Shown: positions 41,014 to 50,850 of the stretch, one piece after another | Layout: each line of letters begins with the position of its first letter | Position numbering within the stretch: position 1 is the stretch's first letter | Source: Actinomycetota bacterium | GTDB lineage: Bacteria > Margulisbacteria > Marinamargulisbacteria > GCA-2716485 > GCA-002719695 | Direction of reading: 5' to 3' | DNA: 64,000 nucleotides | Assembly: GCA_002697535.1 (NCBI GenBank) | Contig: NZWE01000023.1 | Coordinates: 265 to 64,264 of the forward strand | The notes under the pieces: model-generated | What the model was told of the DNA's origin: nothing | The model's database searches: none | Seen by the model: the letters and a program-made list of their open reading frames with translations, nothing else | Program-made: the position numbers and the translations under genes

Positions 41014-41404
41014 AATAAAGCTTCAAAGTATTGCAGCTTATCCTTATGAGTGTTGTGGTGCTATGTTAGGAAAGGTTTTAGATAATGGATCTAAGGAAGT
41101 TTTATCTTGTTTTGATATTGTGAATCAGTCAGATGAAGATAAACGTCGACGATTTAAAATTACAGCTGATGATTATCGTTTTTTAGAAGCTAAAGCGGAT
41201 GAATTGGGTATGACGTTGTTAGGGTTTTATCATTCTCATCCAGATCACCCTGCTATTCCGTCAGAAACGGATTTAGAATATGCTTGGCCTTTTTTTTCTT
41301 ATATTATTCAAGCGGTTTATGATGGAGAACCAACTGACTTTAAGTCTTTTGAGTTGTCATTAGATACTCATGTTTTTGTTGATGAAACATTAGTTATTCG
41401 ATGA
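40976..41404 (+). CDS. mec: JAMM/MPN+ metalloprotease (Mec+-like)
   Basis: Contains the 'YECCG' glutamate and a complete JAMM motif 'HSHPDHPAIPSETD' (H-x-H-x7-S-x2-D; nt 41231-41272). The start is one of three consecutive ATGs at 40976-40984. The track ORF (from 40922) adds a non-homologous extension overlapping cysM. Confidence 0.85.
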   Translation: MMMIIVSKTHFSEIKLQSIAAYPYECCGAMLGKVLDNGSKEVLSCFDIVNQSDEDKRRRFKITADDYRFLEAKADELGMTLLGFYHSHPDHPAIPSETDLEYAWPFFSYIIQAVYDGEPTDFKSFELSLDTHVFVDETLVIR

Positions 41405-42021
41405 TTTTTAAAAAGAAAAAGCCTGTTCTTTTTTCTCCAAAAGCTGATGTTTCTGTTTCTTTAGATACGTATCAATTTTCAGGTAATATTTTTCAAGTAT
41501 TTAAGGATGTTTTTGTTAGATATCAAAAGAAGGAGATTAATTTATTTTTAGTGTATGATCTTGTTCTTTCGGATGAAGAGATTGAAGCTGGTTTTATGGA
41601 AGAATCATCAAGAATATCGTTGTTTTTTTCTTGGGTTTTAAATGTTTTTCGAATGGGATTTAATAGAGGCGATAAAACAGTTGTTATTAAGCCAGTTTTT
41701 TATCGCTGGTGTCGTGACATTCCTTTTTTTAATTATTCTAAAATTGAATCATTACGATCTCTTAATAGGCGTTTTTCATTATTAACACAAGAGTTGACTG
41801 AAATATTATCTCCAATATTTCTTCATAATTCTTATTCTGATCAAGATATTTTTATTATTTGTAAACATTTGGCTGCTCATAAATTATATCGCTGTGATTA
41901 TTTTGTAACTAATAATCAAATTTTGTTAGATCATAGTATGCAATTGGATCGATCTCATCATATTTCTGTTGTTTCTGTTGAAGAATTTTCGTTTTTAAGT
42001 GATGTGATTTTTGAAATATAA
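41401..42021 (+). CDS. hypothetical protein, possibly PIN-like fold
   Basis: 206 aa with an ATGA overlap with the JAMM gene. 'VSLDTYQF' near the N-terminus and 'DIFIICKHLAAHKLYRCDYFVTNNQILL' near the C-terminus resemble the first and last PIN-domain motifs. The final Asp is replaced by Asn. Confidence 0.55.
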   Translation: MIFKKKKPVLFSPKADVSVSLDTYQFSGNIFQVFKDVFVRYQKKEINLFLVYDLVLSDEEIEAGFMEESSRISLFFSWVLNVFRMGFNRGDKTVVIKPVFYRWCRDIPFFNYSKIESLRSLNRRFSLLTQELTEILSPIFLHNSYSDQDIFIICKHLAAHKLYRCDYFVTNNQILLDHSMQLDRSHHISVVSVEEFSFLSDVIFEI

Positions 42022-42037
42022 GTTTTAGTTTGTTACT

Positions 42038-42064
42038 TTGATAAAATAATTATTATGATATAAT
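42038..42064 (+). promoter_or_regulatory. candidate internal promoter ahead of the sulfur-carrier gene
   Basis: TTGATA (42038-42043), a 15-nt spacer, then TATAAT (42059-42064) within the 71-nt gap. The spacer is shorter than optimal. Confidence 0.25.
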
Positions 42065-42092
42065 TTTTATTCAATTATTGGAGGCGTGATAA

Positions 42093-42377
42093 ATGGCTAT
42101 TAAAATTTTAATTCCAACTCCCTTAAGACCTTCTGTTAATCAGCAAACTGAATTAATGGTTGATGTTGATGGGGATGTTAATACTATTATTGGAAGTTTG
42201 GTTGAGTCTTACCCTAAACTAAAGGTTTATTTAGTGGATGATAGTGGTACATTAAGAAAGTTTGTTAATTTTTATATTAATGATACTGATATTCGAGATT
42301 TAGATGGAGAAAAAACGGTTTTATCTGATGGAGATTGTATTTCTATTGTTCCTGCGATTGCAGGAGGGGTTGTATGA
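42093..42377 (+). CDS. ThiS/MoaD/CysO-family sulfur-carrier protein with GG-VV C-terminus
   Basis: 94-aa beta-grasp-sized protein ending '...SIVPAIAGGVV'. GGAGG RBS upstream. The stop overlaps the MoeZ-like start (ATGA). Confidence 0.85.
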   Translation: MAIKILIPTPLRPSVNQQTELMVDVDGDVNTIIGSLVESYPKLKVYLVDDSGTLRKFVNFYINDTDIRDLDGEKTVLSDGDCISIVPAIAGGVV

Positions 42378-43486
42378 GTTTATCTCAATCTGAGTTAAGT
42401 CGTTATTCTCGTCATTTGATTTTGCCTGAAGTAGGGAAGTTAGGACAGGAAACGTTGAAAGCTAGTTCTGTTTTGGTTGTTGGTGCGGGTGGATTAGGGT
42501 GTCCTTTATTAACGTATCTTGCGGCAGCTGGTGTTGGTACAATTGGAATTATTGATTTTGATGTTGTTGATGAATCTAATTTGCAACGACAAGTTTTGTA
42601 TGCAACATCTGATATTGGGAAGTCTAAGGTGGATGTTGCCAAGCAAAAATTGTTAGATTTAAATCCACATATTCATGTTAATACATATCAAGAACCGTTA
42701 ACTTCGGATAATGCTATTGAGTTATTTTCTCAATATGATGTTATTGCTGATGGAACGGATAATTTTGCAACACGTTACTTAGTGAATGATGCTTGTGTCT
42801 TAGCTGGAAAACCAAATGTGTATGGATCCATTTTTCGTTTTGAAGGGCAAATAACGGTTTTTAATTATCAGGATGGACCTAATTACCGTTGTTTGTATCA
42901 AGAACCTCCACCACCGGGTCTTGTTCCTTCCTGTGCTGAAGGGGGTGTGTTGGGGGTATTGCCAGGTGTTGTTGCTACATTGCAGGCTAATGAGGTGATT
43001 AAGGTTTTACTTAATATAGGTAATATAGCTTCAGGAAGACTAATTTTATTTGATGCGTTACAATTAAGTTTTAGAGAGGTTTCTATCAAGAAACGAAATG
43101 ACTATGAGATTAAGGAACTCATAGATTATAATCAATTTTGTGGAGTAAATGAAATGACTAATAATGATGTTGATGATATTACGGTTTTTGATTTAAAAGA
43201 AAAATTTGATAAAGAAGATACATTTGAATTAATTGATGTTCGTGAACCTCATGAATATGATATTTGTTCTATTGAATCAGCGGTACTGATTCCTATGGGA
43301 GATTTAGAAGATTCGTTAGAATCACTAGATAAATCCAAATCTTATGTAGTTCATTGTAAAAGTGGCGGTCGTAGTGCTCGAGCTGTTGCTATGATGAAAG
43401 AATATGGATTTCAGAATGTAGTTAATTTAGCAGGTGGTATTTTATCTTGGGCGGATAATATTGATACGGCGTTGAATAAATATTAA
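42374..43486 (+). CDS. moeZ: E1-like adenylyltransferase/sulfurtransferase with C-terminal rhodanese domain (MoeZ/MoeB-type)
   Basis: Motifs 'RYSRHLILPEVG', the nucleotide loop 'VVGAGGLGCPLL', 'SCAEGGVLG', and the rhodanese active site 'HCKSGGRSARA'. I set the start at ATG 42374 ('MSLSQSEL'). The track ORF starts at 42335. Confidence 0.9.
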   Translation: MSLSQSELSRYSRHLILPEVGKLGQETLKASSVLVVGAGGLGCPLLTYLAAAGVGTIGIIDFDVVDESNLQRQVLYATSDIGKSKVDVAKQKLLDLNPHIHVNTYQEPLTSDNAIELFSQYDVIADGTDNFATRYLVNDACVLAGKPNVYGSIFRFEGQITVFNYQDGPNYRCLYQEPPPPGLVPSCAEGGVLGVLPGVVATLQANEVIKVLLNIGNIASGRLILFDALQLSFREVSIKKRNDYEIKELIDYNQFCGVNEMTNNDVDDITVFDLKEKFDKEDTFELIDVREPHEYDICSIESAVLIPMGDLEDSLESLDKSKSYVVHCKSGGRSARAVAMMKEYGFQNVVNLAGGILSWADNIDTALNKY

Positions 43487-43498
43487 AAGGAGTATTTT

Positions 43499-43861
43499 AT
43501 GACTGAGGATAATTTACAAGATAATAATATTAATGATGATAGTATATCGATGATTACTCCTTATGAATTGCGTGATAAACTTAAATCTCAGGATCGTATT
43601 ACATTATTGGATGTGAGAGAACCTGAAGAATTTGAAATTTGTCATATTGATGGATCTATTTTAGTTCCTTTATCAGAATTTGGTGAACATATTACTGACT
43701 TTGATCAACAAAAAGAATATATTCTCATTTGCAAAGAAGGTAAAGTTAGTAATGAAGCTGCTACGATTATGTCAGAAAAAGGTTTTTTGAATTTAAAGGG
43801 GTTAGATGGGGGTATTTTAAATTGGGCAGATTCTATTGAACGAACGATGGAAAAGTATTAA
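43499..43861 (+). CDS. single-domain rhodanese-like sulfurtransferase
   Basis: 120 aa with '[22 protein letters not shown]' and active-site loop 'CKEGKVS'. Confidence 0.8.
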   Translation: MTEDNLQDNNINDDSISMITPYELRDKLKSQDRITLLDVREPEEFEICHIDGSILVPLSEFGEHITDFDQQKEYILICKEGKVSNEAATIMSEKGFLNLKGLDGGILNWADSIERTMEKY

Positions 43862-43874
43862 AAGGAGTAAAATT

Positions 43875-44798
43875 ATGAAAAAAGCAAAAGTAACTGTTGT
43901 AGGCGCTGGAAATGTTGGAGCGACTGCTGCTCAGCGAATTGTAGAAAAACAATTAGCAGATGTTGTTTTAATTGATATTGTTGAGGGGTTACCTCAGGGA
44001 AAAGCGTTGGATATGATGCAGTCAGCTGCAACAGAAGGGTTTGATACGTCTATTATTGGAACGAATAACTATGATGATACAGCGGGTTCTGATGTTGTTG
44101 TTATTACAGCTGGAATAGCAAGAAAACCAGGTATGAGTCGTGATGATTTATTAAATACAAATGCTAATATTGTTGGATCAGTTACTGAACAAATTGTTGC
44201 TCAATCTCCGGATGCTATTATTATTGTTGTTTCTAACCCTCTTGATGTTATGACACAATTAGCTTGGCAAAAGTCAGGGTTGGATCCTAATAGAGTGTTT
44301 GGAATGGCTGGTGTTCTAGATTCATCTCGATATGCTTGTTTTATTGCAGAAGCGCTTAATTGTTCGATTAAAGATGTACGACCTATGGTTTTAGGTGGTC
44401 ATGGTGATACTATGGTTCCTGTTCCTCAATATTCTACTGTTAATGGTATTGCTATTACAGAATTGTTAGATGCTCAAACCATTGATGCGATTAATGATAG
44501 AACCCGTCATGGTGGTGCTGAAATTGTTAAATATTTAAAAACAGGTTCTGCTTTTTATGCACCTTCTGCATCGTCTGTTGCTATGGTTGAAGCAGTTTTG
44601 CTTGATTCGGGTCGTATTTTACCATGTTGTGCTTTATTACAAGGTCAGTATGGTGTTGATAATTTATATTGTGGCGTTCCAGTTGAATTAGGACGAGAGG
44701 GGGTTCGCCGTGTTATCGAATTAGATCTTAATCAGTCAGAATTATCAGCTTTACAAGAATCTGTTTCAGCTGTTAAAGCGTTAGCGTCTCAAGTTTAA
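43875..44798 (+). CDS. mdh: malate dehydrogenase (LDH-like family)
   Basis: Motifs '[15 protein letters not shown]', '[15 protein letters not shown]' and 'GGHGDTMVP'. An AAGGAG RBS sits before ATG 43875. The track ORF starts at 43836. Confidence 0.95.
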   Translation: MKKAKVTVVGAGNVGATAAQRIVEKQLADVVLIDIVEGLPQGKALDMMQSAATEGFDTSIIGTNNYDDTAGSDVVVITAGIARKPGMSRDDLLNTNANIVGSVTEQIVAQSPDAIIIVVSNPLDVMTQLAWQKSGLDPNRVFGMAGVLDSSRYACFIAEALNCSIKDVRPMVLGGHGDTMVPVPQYSTVNGIAITELLDAQTIDAINDRTRHGGAEIVKYLKTGSAFYAPSASSVAMVEAVLLDSGRILPCCALLQGQYGVDNLYCGVPVELGREGVRRVIELDLNQSELSALQESVSAVKALASQV

Positions 44799-44804
44799 TG
44801 AATT

Positions 44805-45350
44805 ATGGTGGTGTGTAGGCTCTTTAAAAAAGGGTTTATTTATATAATTATTGCTTGGCTTCTTTTTTTGCAAGGAGGTTTTCTTGCAAAAGAAGTTGAT
44901 TATAATCTGAAATTTTATGGTTACTCTAGCCATTTTGAGAAAGATTGGTTTTTTCATCCTGGGTTACAGGTGGACCGTGATTTTTATTTAGCAAATTGGT
45001 TTGTTATTAGAAGTGCGGTTTCTGTGTATCGTGACTCAGGACATTTAGCGGCTGGTTTTTTTCATTTAGGGTTTCGTATTAATGCTCGAAAATTTGATAA
45101 TTTTTATGTTAGATTAGGGTTTGGCCCATCATTTATTTGGCGTCAAAATTGGTGGCTTCATAGAGATACTTATGAAGGAAGTTCTTTTTATGGAGAAACC
45201 TATCATTCTGATCGGCTTGAAAAAGCTTTTTTATGGTATGGGGGTGATATAGAAGTTGAATGGAAAATAAAGCCTAATTTGAGTGTTGTTTTTGCAACTG
45301 TTCCTGGATATCCTGTTATTTTTGCTAATAGTATTGGGTTTAGATTTTAG
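44805..45350 (+). CDS. putative small outer-membrane beta-barrel protein
   Basis: 181 aa with an N-terminal hydrophobic signal, alternating aromatic/hydrophilic strands, and a terminal 'IGFRF' (C-terminal Phe). Confidence 0.55.
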   Translation: MVVCRLFKKGFIYIIIAWLLFLQGGFLAKEVDYNLKFYGYSSHFEKDWFFHPGLQVDRDFYLANWFVIRSAVSVYRDSGHLAAGFFHLGFRINARKFDNFYVRLGFGPSFIWRQNWWLHRDTYEGSSFYGETYHSDRLEKAFLWYGGDIEVEWKIKPNLSVVFATVPGYPVIFANSIGFRF

Positions 45351-45353
45351 TTG

Positions 45354-45941
45354 TTAAAAAATTATTGATAGTGAAAACTTTGGTAAATAATATAGTTTGT
45401 TTTTTTCTGGTGTTGTATTAGATTGATGAATTAATTTAGGTAGATAGCTTATTAGTGTTCCAAATTCTAATTGTAGTGATAACGTTTTATAAATAGTGAT
45501 GGAACTTCCTATAAATGATTCTAATCCGAATGCTGTTAATTGTTCATCTCCAGTATCAATGGTTCCTGATTCTTTATATAAAATTATTTGTATTGGTGTT
45601 TTAATTCCATAAAAGTATTGTGATTTTTGTGTTTTTTTAAATTGGGTTGTGTAAGTGGGCGTAATTGCTCGAACTTTATATTCTCGATTACTTGTTGAAT
45701 TATTTGGGATTAAACTATAAAACTCAATATTACATCCTAATAAGCTTGTGTTATTAATTGGGATTTTTATCCCAAATGTGTTTTGAAAATTGCTTTTAAA
45801 TGACGATGATCCAATTTGAGTCGCAATTTGATAATTTTTTCCTGTTAGTAATAAAATTTCTTCGCTTTTTAATTCTTTAAAAATGTTTTTTGCACTTACT
45901 TGTGTACTTAATAACAATAAGAGAATAATTAATAATCTCAC
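45354..45941 (-). CDS. putative small outer-membrane beta-barrel protein
   Basis: 195 aa with signal peptide 'MRLLIILLLLLSTQVSA' and a C-terminal 'FSLSIIF'. Confidence 0.55.
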   Translation of the reverse strand: MRLLIILLLLLSTQVSAKNIFKELKSEEILLLTGKNYQIATQIGSSSFKSNFQNTFGIKIPINNTSLLGCNIEFYSLIPNNSTSNREYKVRAITPTYTTQFKKTQKSQYFYGIKTPIQIILYKESGTIDTGDEQLTAFGLESFIGSSITIYKTLSLQLEFGTLISYLPKLIHQSNTTPEKNKLYYLPKFSLSIIF

Positions 45942-45942
45942 T

Positions 45943-47325
45943 TTAGTTTCCTATCATTTTTTCAGGAACTACCAGCTTATCAAATTCTTCTTCACTTAGT
46001 AAATTTAATTCTTGAGCAGCTTTTTTAAGGGTTGTATTATCGGTATAAGCTTTTTTTGCGATTTTTGCAGCGTTATCATACCCAATATGTGGGTTTAATG
46101 CTGTTACTAACATCAATGAATTTACTAGATTCTTTTTGATATTTGGGATGTTTGCTTCTATTCCAATCACACAGTTATCATTAAAACTGTTCATGCCATC
46201 ACTTAATAATGTTATGGATTGCAGTGCATTGTAAATAATAACGGGATTATAAACATTGAGTTGAAAATTTCCAGAGGCACCTGAAAAGGCTATTGTTGTA
46301 TCATTTCCAATGACTTGTGCCGCTATCATGGTTAATGCTTCACATTGTGTTGGGTTTACTTTTCCTGGCATAATAGACGATCCTGGTTCGTTTGCGGGTA
46401 AGGTTAATTCGCCGATTCCACATCGTGGTCCTGATGCAGACCAGCGGATATCGTTTGCTATTTTATGTAAAGCACAGGCTAATGTTTTTAATGCCCCATG
46501 AAAATTAACGATGGCATCATGGGCTGATAGTGCTTCAAATTTGTTTGGAGCTGGTTTAAATGGTAATTTACTAAAGGTTGCGATATGTTTACATACTGTT
46601 TTATCAAAGTCTTTTGGTGTATTTAATCCTGTTCCTACGGCGGTTCCACCTATTGCTAATTCATAAATGAAATCAATGTTATGCTCTATTCGAGATAATG
46701 CATTTTGTAGTTGTGTTACATAGCCAGAAAATTCTTGGCCTATTGTAATAGGTGTTGCATCCATTAAATGAGTTCTGCCAATTTTGACAATTTCATTAAA
46801 TTGCTTTGTTTTTTCTAATAAGGTTTTTATGAGTTTATTTAATTGAGGAATTAAATTTCGTTGTGTTTCTAAAGCAATTGCTATGTGCATTGCTGTTGGA
46901 AATGTGTCGTTAGATGACTGAGATTTGTTTACATCATCATTAGGATGAACAGGTTTTTTACTTCCAATTTCTCCATTAGCTAATTCAATGGCTCTATTTG
47001 AAATAACTTCATTTGCGTTCATGTTTGTTTGTGTTCCACTACCTGTTTGCCATACGGATAAAGGAAAATGGTTATCTAATTTACCTTCAATGACTTCATC
47101 TGCTGCTTGAGCAATTAGGTTATAGGTTTCTTCTTTCATTGTATTGGATTCAAAATTAGCTTTTGCACATGCTTTTTTTAAAATCCCGAATGATTCGATA
47201 AATGTTCTAGAAAATGTTTCTATTCCAATATCAAAGTTTTTTAATGATCGAGCGGATTGTGCGCCATAGTAAGCTTCTTTTGGCACTTCTATGGATCCCA
47301 TTGTATCATGTTCTATTCGTTTCAT
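45943..47325 (-). CDS. fumC: class II fumarate hydratase
   Basis: 460 aa with the signature '[15 protein letters not shown]'. Confidence 0.97.
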   Translation of the reverse strand: MKRIEHDTMGSIEVPKEAYYGAQSARSLKNFDIGIETFSRTFIESFGILKKACAKANFESNTMKEETYNLIAQAADEVIEGKLDNHFPLSVWQTGSGTQTNMNANEVISNRAIELANGEIGSKKPVHPNDDVNKSQSSNDTFPTAMHIAIALETQRNLIPQLNKLIKTLLEKTKQFNEIVKIGRTHLMDATPITIGQEFSGYVTQLQNALSRIEHNIDFIYELAIGGTAVGTGLNTPKDFDKTVCKHIATFSKLPFKPAPNKFEALSAHDAIVNFHGALKTLACALHKIANDIRWSASGPRCGIGELTLPANEPGSSIMPGKVNPTQCEALTMIAAQVIGNDTTIAFSGASGNFQLNVYNPVIIYNALQSITLLSDGMNSFNDNCVIGIEANIPNIKKNLVNSLMLVTALNPHIGYDNAAKIAKKAYTDNTTLKKAAQELNLLSEEEFDKLVVPEKMIGN

Positions 47326-47407
47326 AGTTTCCTCCTGATTTCCCTTATATTGTGTTATAGTAAATTTTAGAATTCAAGATTTAATATTTTTTTAGTTATT
47401 GCTCAGC

Positions 47408-47436
47408 TTGTCTTCTTGCTTGAAAAGTAGTATAAT
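47408..47436 (+). promoter_or_regulatory. candidate sigma70-type promoter for sdhCAB
   Basis: TTGTCT (47408-47413), a 17-nt spacer, then TATAAT (47431-47436), 45 nt upstream of the sdhC ATG. Confidence 0.4.
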
Positions 47437-47480
47437 TGTGCTCGTTTTAAATCAAATAAATTTGGGTATAAATTTATATT

Positions 47481-48170
47481 ATGTTTAGTAAATTATCTTT
47501 ATCGTTAGTAGGAATAAAACAGTTAGTTGCTCTTTCAGGTTTAGCTATGGTTGGCTTTTTAATTGCACATCTGCTAGGAAATTTTTTGATTTTTTCGGGT
47601 CCGGTTGCCTTAAATTCTTATGCTCATAAATTACATAGTTTGGGCCCAATATTATGGATTATGAGATTGGGTTTGCTTTTTATGTTTTTAATGCATTTTT
47701 CTTTAGTTATTTATTTGGTTATTGTTAATAAAAAGGCTCGTGAACATAGTTATACTGTTCCTATTCATAAAAAAACACGATCTTTATTTACTCAAACTAT
47801 GCGTTATTCTGGATTATTAATTTTTGTTTATATTTTTGTTCATTTATTTGATTTTACGTTTACGCCTCATACGGCTGACAATTCTGTGATTGATGGTGTT
47901 TATTATGGTTTATATGGGCACGTTTATAATTATTTTATTAACCCTCTTCGTTCTGTTTTTTATATTGTAACTATGTTTGCTATTGGTTTTCATTTAATTC
48001 ATGGCGTTCAGAGTGTTTTACATACGTTTGGTTTTTATCACCAAGTTTATACACCAATTATCCAGAAAATTAGTTGGGGTATGGGGGCTTTTGTTGCATT
48101 TGGTTTTTCTATTATTCCTGTTTATGTTTTTTTGCATCATCATTTAGGTTGGGAAATATATGTCGGCTAA
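47481..48170 (+). CDS. sdhC: succinate dehydrogenase cytochrome b558 subunit (single large anchor, Bacillus type)
   Basis: 229 aa with five predicted TM helices carrying conserved His residues. It lies directly upstream of sdhA. Confidence 0.85.
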   Translation: MFSKLSLSLVGIKQLVALSGLAMVGFLIAHLLGNFLIFSGPVALNSYAHKLHSLGPILWIMRLGLLFMFLMHFSLVIYLVIVNKKAREHSYTVPIHKKTRSLFTQTMRYSGLLIFVYIFVHLFDFTFTPHTADNSVIDGVYYGLYGHVYNYFINPLRSVFYIVTMFAIGFHLIHGVQSVLHTFGFYHQVYTPIIQKISWGMGAFVAFGFSIIPVYVFLHHHLGWEIYVG

Positions 48171-50085
48171 TAAATCTTTAAACTCAAACATTCCAGAAGG
48201 TGAGTTATCTGATAAGTGGACTCAGCACAAATTTAATATGAAGTTGGTAAATCCTGCGAATAAACGAAAATATAAAGTTATTGTTGTGGGAACGGGTTTA
48301 GCGGGAGCTAGTGCTTCGGCAACGTTATCAGAACTTGGTTATCAAGTTCATACCTTTTGTTTTCATGATACCCCTAGAAGAGCTCACAGTATTGCGGCTC
48401 AAGGTGGTATTAATGCTGCTAAAAATTATCAAAATGATGGTGATAGTGTCTATCGTTTGTTTTATGACACCATCAAAGGTGGTGATTTTCGTGCTAGAGA
48501 AGCGAATGTTCACCGTTTAGCTGAAATTAGTGTTAATATTATTGATCAATGTGTTGCTCAAGGTGTTCCTTTTGCTCGTGAATATGGTGGATTGTTAGAT
48601 AATCGATCGTTTGGGGGGGCTCAAGTATCTCGTACGTTTTATGCTAAAGGTCAAACAGGTCAGCAACTTTTATTAGGTGCTTACTCTGCGTTAATGAAAC
48701 AGGTTAATTCTGGTGGTGTAACGATGTATACAGAACATGAAATGATGGATGTAGTCATTGTAGATGGAAAAGCTAGAGGGATTGTTACAAGAAATTTAAA
48801 AACAGGTGAGATAACAAGTCATTTTGCAGATGCGGTTTTACTTTGTTCAGGTGGTTATGGGAATGTCTTTTATTTGTCGACAAATGCGATGGGGTCTAAT
48901 GTGACTGCTGCTTGGAAAGCTCATAAACGAGGTGCTTATTTTGCTAATCCTTGTTATACACAAATTCATCCTACATGTATTCCTGTTCATGGTGAGTATC
49001 AATCTAAATTAACATTAATGAGTGAATCGTTACGAAACGATGGTAGAGTTTGGGTTCCTAAAAAAGTTGGTGATGATCGTCATCCTAATGATATTCCAGA
49101 AGACGAACGTGATTATTATTTAGAACGTAAATATCCTAGTTTTGGAAATCTTGTTCCTCGAGATTTAGCTTCTAGAAATGCTAAATATGTTTGTGATGAA
49201 GGACGAGGTGTTGGCCCTACCAAATTAGCTGTTTATTTAGATTTTAGAGATTCTATTGAACGTTTGGGAAAAGATGCTATTGAAGCGCGTTATGGGAATT
49301 TATTTGATATGTATCATAGTATTACAGATTCTAATCCTTACGAAGAACCAATGATGATTTATCCTGCGGTTCATTACACTATGGGTGGATTATGGGTGGA
49401 TTATAATTTGATGTCGAATGTTGAAGGTTTATTTGTTCTTGGAGAAGCTAATTTTTCTGATCATGGCGCGAATCGTTTAGGTGCTAGTGCGTTGATGCAG
49501 GGTTTAGCAGATGGTTATTTTGTGATTTCATATACATTAGGAAATTATTTGGCCAATGTTGATTTAGAGCCTGTTACTGTTGAACATGAGTCGTTTTTGA
49601 CTGCTGAAAAAGATGTTATGGAACGTATTAAGACATTGTTGGCGGTTAGAGGTACTAAAACGGTTGATGAATTTCATCGGGAATTAGGTTTGTTAATGTG
49701 GGATAAATGTGGCATGTCTCGTAATGAGGAAGGTTTAAAGGAAGCAATTAAACGTATTCCTGAAATTAGGAAACGTTTTTGGAAAGATGTTATTGTTACG
49801 GGTTCTAATAATGAGTTTAATCAAACGTTAGAAAAGGCGTTACGTGTTGCTGATTTTTTAGAGTTTGCTGAAACAATGTGTCGAGATGCTTTAGAACGAA
49901 AAGAGTCATGTGGTGGTCATTTTCGTGAAGATAGTCAAACTCCTGAAGGGGAGGCTTTACGTGATGATGAATCGTATACAAATGTTTTTGCTTGGGAATT
50001 TAAGGGTATAGATAATATACCAGAGTTGCATATCGAAGAATTAGAGTTTGAAAATGTTCAACCCTCTGTTAGGAGTTATAAATAA
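48160..50085 (+). CDS. sdhA: succinate dehydrogenase flavoprotein subunit
   Basis: 641 aa with FAD fold '[12 protein letters not shown]', '[12 protein letters not shown]' and '[10 protein letters not shown]'. Confidence 0.97.
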   Translation: MSANKSLNSNIPEGELSDKWTQHKFNMKLVNPANKRKYKVIVVGTGLAGASASATLSELGYQVHTFCFHDTPRRAHSIAAQGGINAAKNYQNDGDSVYRLFYDTIKGGDFRAREANVHRLAEISVNIIDQCVAQGVPFAREYGGLLDNRSFGGAQVSRTFYAKGQTGQQLLLGAYSALMKQVNSGGVTMYTEHEMMDVVIVDGKARGIVTRNLKTGEITSHFADAVLLCSGGYGNVFYLSTNAMGSNVTAAWKAHKRGAYFANPCYTQIHPTCIPVHGEYQSKLTLMSESLRNDGRVWVPKKVGDDRHPNDIPEDERDYYLERKYPSFGNLVPRDLASRNAKYVCDEGRGVGPTKLAVYLDFRDSIERLGKDAIEARYGNLFDMYHSITDSNPYEEPMMIYPAVHYTMGGLWVDYNLMSNVEGLFVLGEANFSDHGANRLGASALMQGLADGYFVISYTLGNYLANVDLEPVTVEHESFLTAEKDVMERIKTLLAVRGTKTVDEFHRELGLLMWDKCGMSRNEEGLKEAIKRIPEIRKRFWKDVIVTGSNNEFNQTLEKALRVADFLEFAETMCRDALERKESCGGHFREDSQTPEGEALRDDESYTNVFAWEFKGIDNIPELHIEELEFENVQPSVRSYK

Positions 50086-50086
50086 A

Positions 50087-50842
50087 ATGAAAACAATTTC
50101 TCTAAATTTAATGGTTTGGCGCCAAAATGGACCGGATGAAAAAGGTTTTTTTAAAACGTATTTAGCTGAAAATATAGATACAGATGCTTCTTTTTTAGAA
50201 ATGTTAGATGTTGTTAATGAAGATTTAATTAAAAAAGGTAATGAACCTATTGCATTTGCCCATGATTGTAGAGAAGGTATTTGTGGAACATGTGGTGCTG
50301 TAGTTAATGGAGAAGCGCATGGTCCTCGTGATAAAGTGACGTTATGTCAACTTCATATGCGATCGTTTGCTGATGGTGATACCATTATTCTTGAACCTTT
50401 TAGAGCACGGGCACTTCCTATTATAAAAGATTTGGTTGTTGATCGCTCAGCTTTGGATCGGATTATTCAAGCAGGGGGATATATTTCTGTTCGTACTGGT
50501 AGTGCTCCTGATGCTAATTCTATTCCTATTGCTAAGAAAGATGCTGATCAAGCGTTTGATGCAGCACAATGTATTGGGTGTGCGGCTTGTGTTGCAGCGT
50601 GTCCAAATGCATCTGCTATGTTAATGATGTCTGCTAAGGTTAGTCATCTATCTTCGTTACCTCAGGGTAAACCTGAATCTAAAAAAAGAGTGTTATCTAT
50701 GGTTAAACAAATGGTTAAAGAGGGTTTTGGTGGGTGTTCGAATGAATATCAATGTGAAGTTGCTTGTCCAAAAGGAATTTCTGTTAAATATATTGCGCAA
50801 CTTAATAAAGATTACTTGTTCTCAGCTCTTGGTTCTGAGTAA
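50087..50842 (+). CDS. sdhB: succinate dehydrogenase iron-sulfur subunit
   Basis: Cys clusters '[10 protein letters not shown]', '[12 protein letters not shown]' and 'CEVACP'. An AGGAG RBS sits before ATG 50087. The track ORF starts at 50048, inside sdhA. Confidence 0.95.
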   Translation: MKTISLNLMVWRQNGPDEKGFFKTYLAENIDTDASFLEMLDVVNEDLIKKGNEPIAFAHDCREGICGTCGAVVNGEAHGPRDKVTLCQLHMRSFADGDTIILEPFRARALPIIKDLVVDRSALDRIIQAGGYISVRTGSAPDANSIPIAKKDADQAFDAAQCIGCAACVAACPNASAMLMMSAKVSHLSSLPQGKPESKKRVLSMVKQMVKEGFGGCSNEYQCEVACPKGISVKYIAQLNKDYLFSALGSE

Positions 50843-50850
50843 CTTGTTAT

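Noticed and set aside
42335-42373. Cys-rich N-terminal extension 'MYFYCSCDCRRGC' on the MoeZ-like ORF, which looks like a metal-binding knuckle.
   Set aside because: It is an out-of-frame read-through of the carrier gene's 3' end. The canonical MoeZ N-terminus ('MSLSQSELSRYSRHL') begins at ATG 42374, in an ATGA overlap with the carrier stop.
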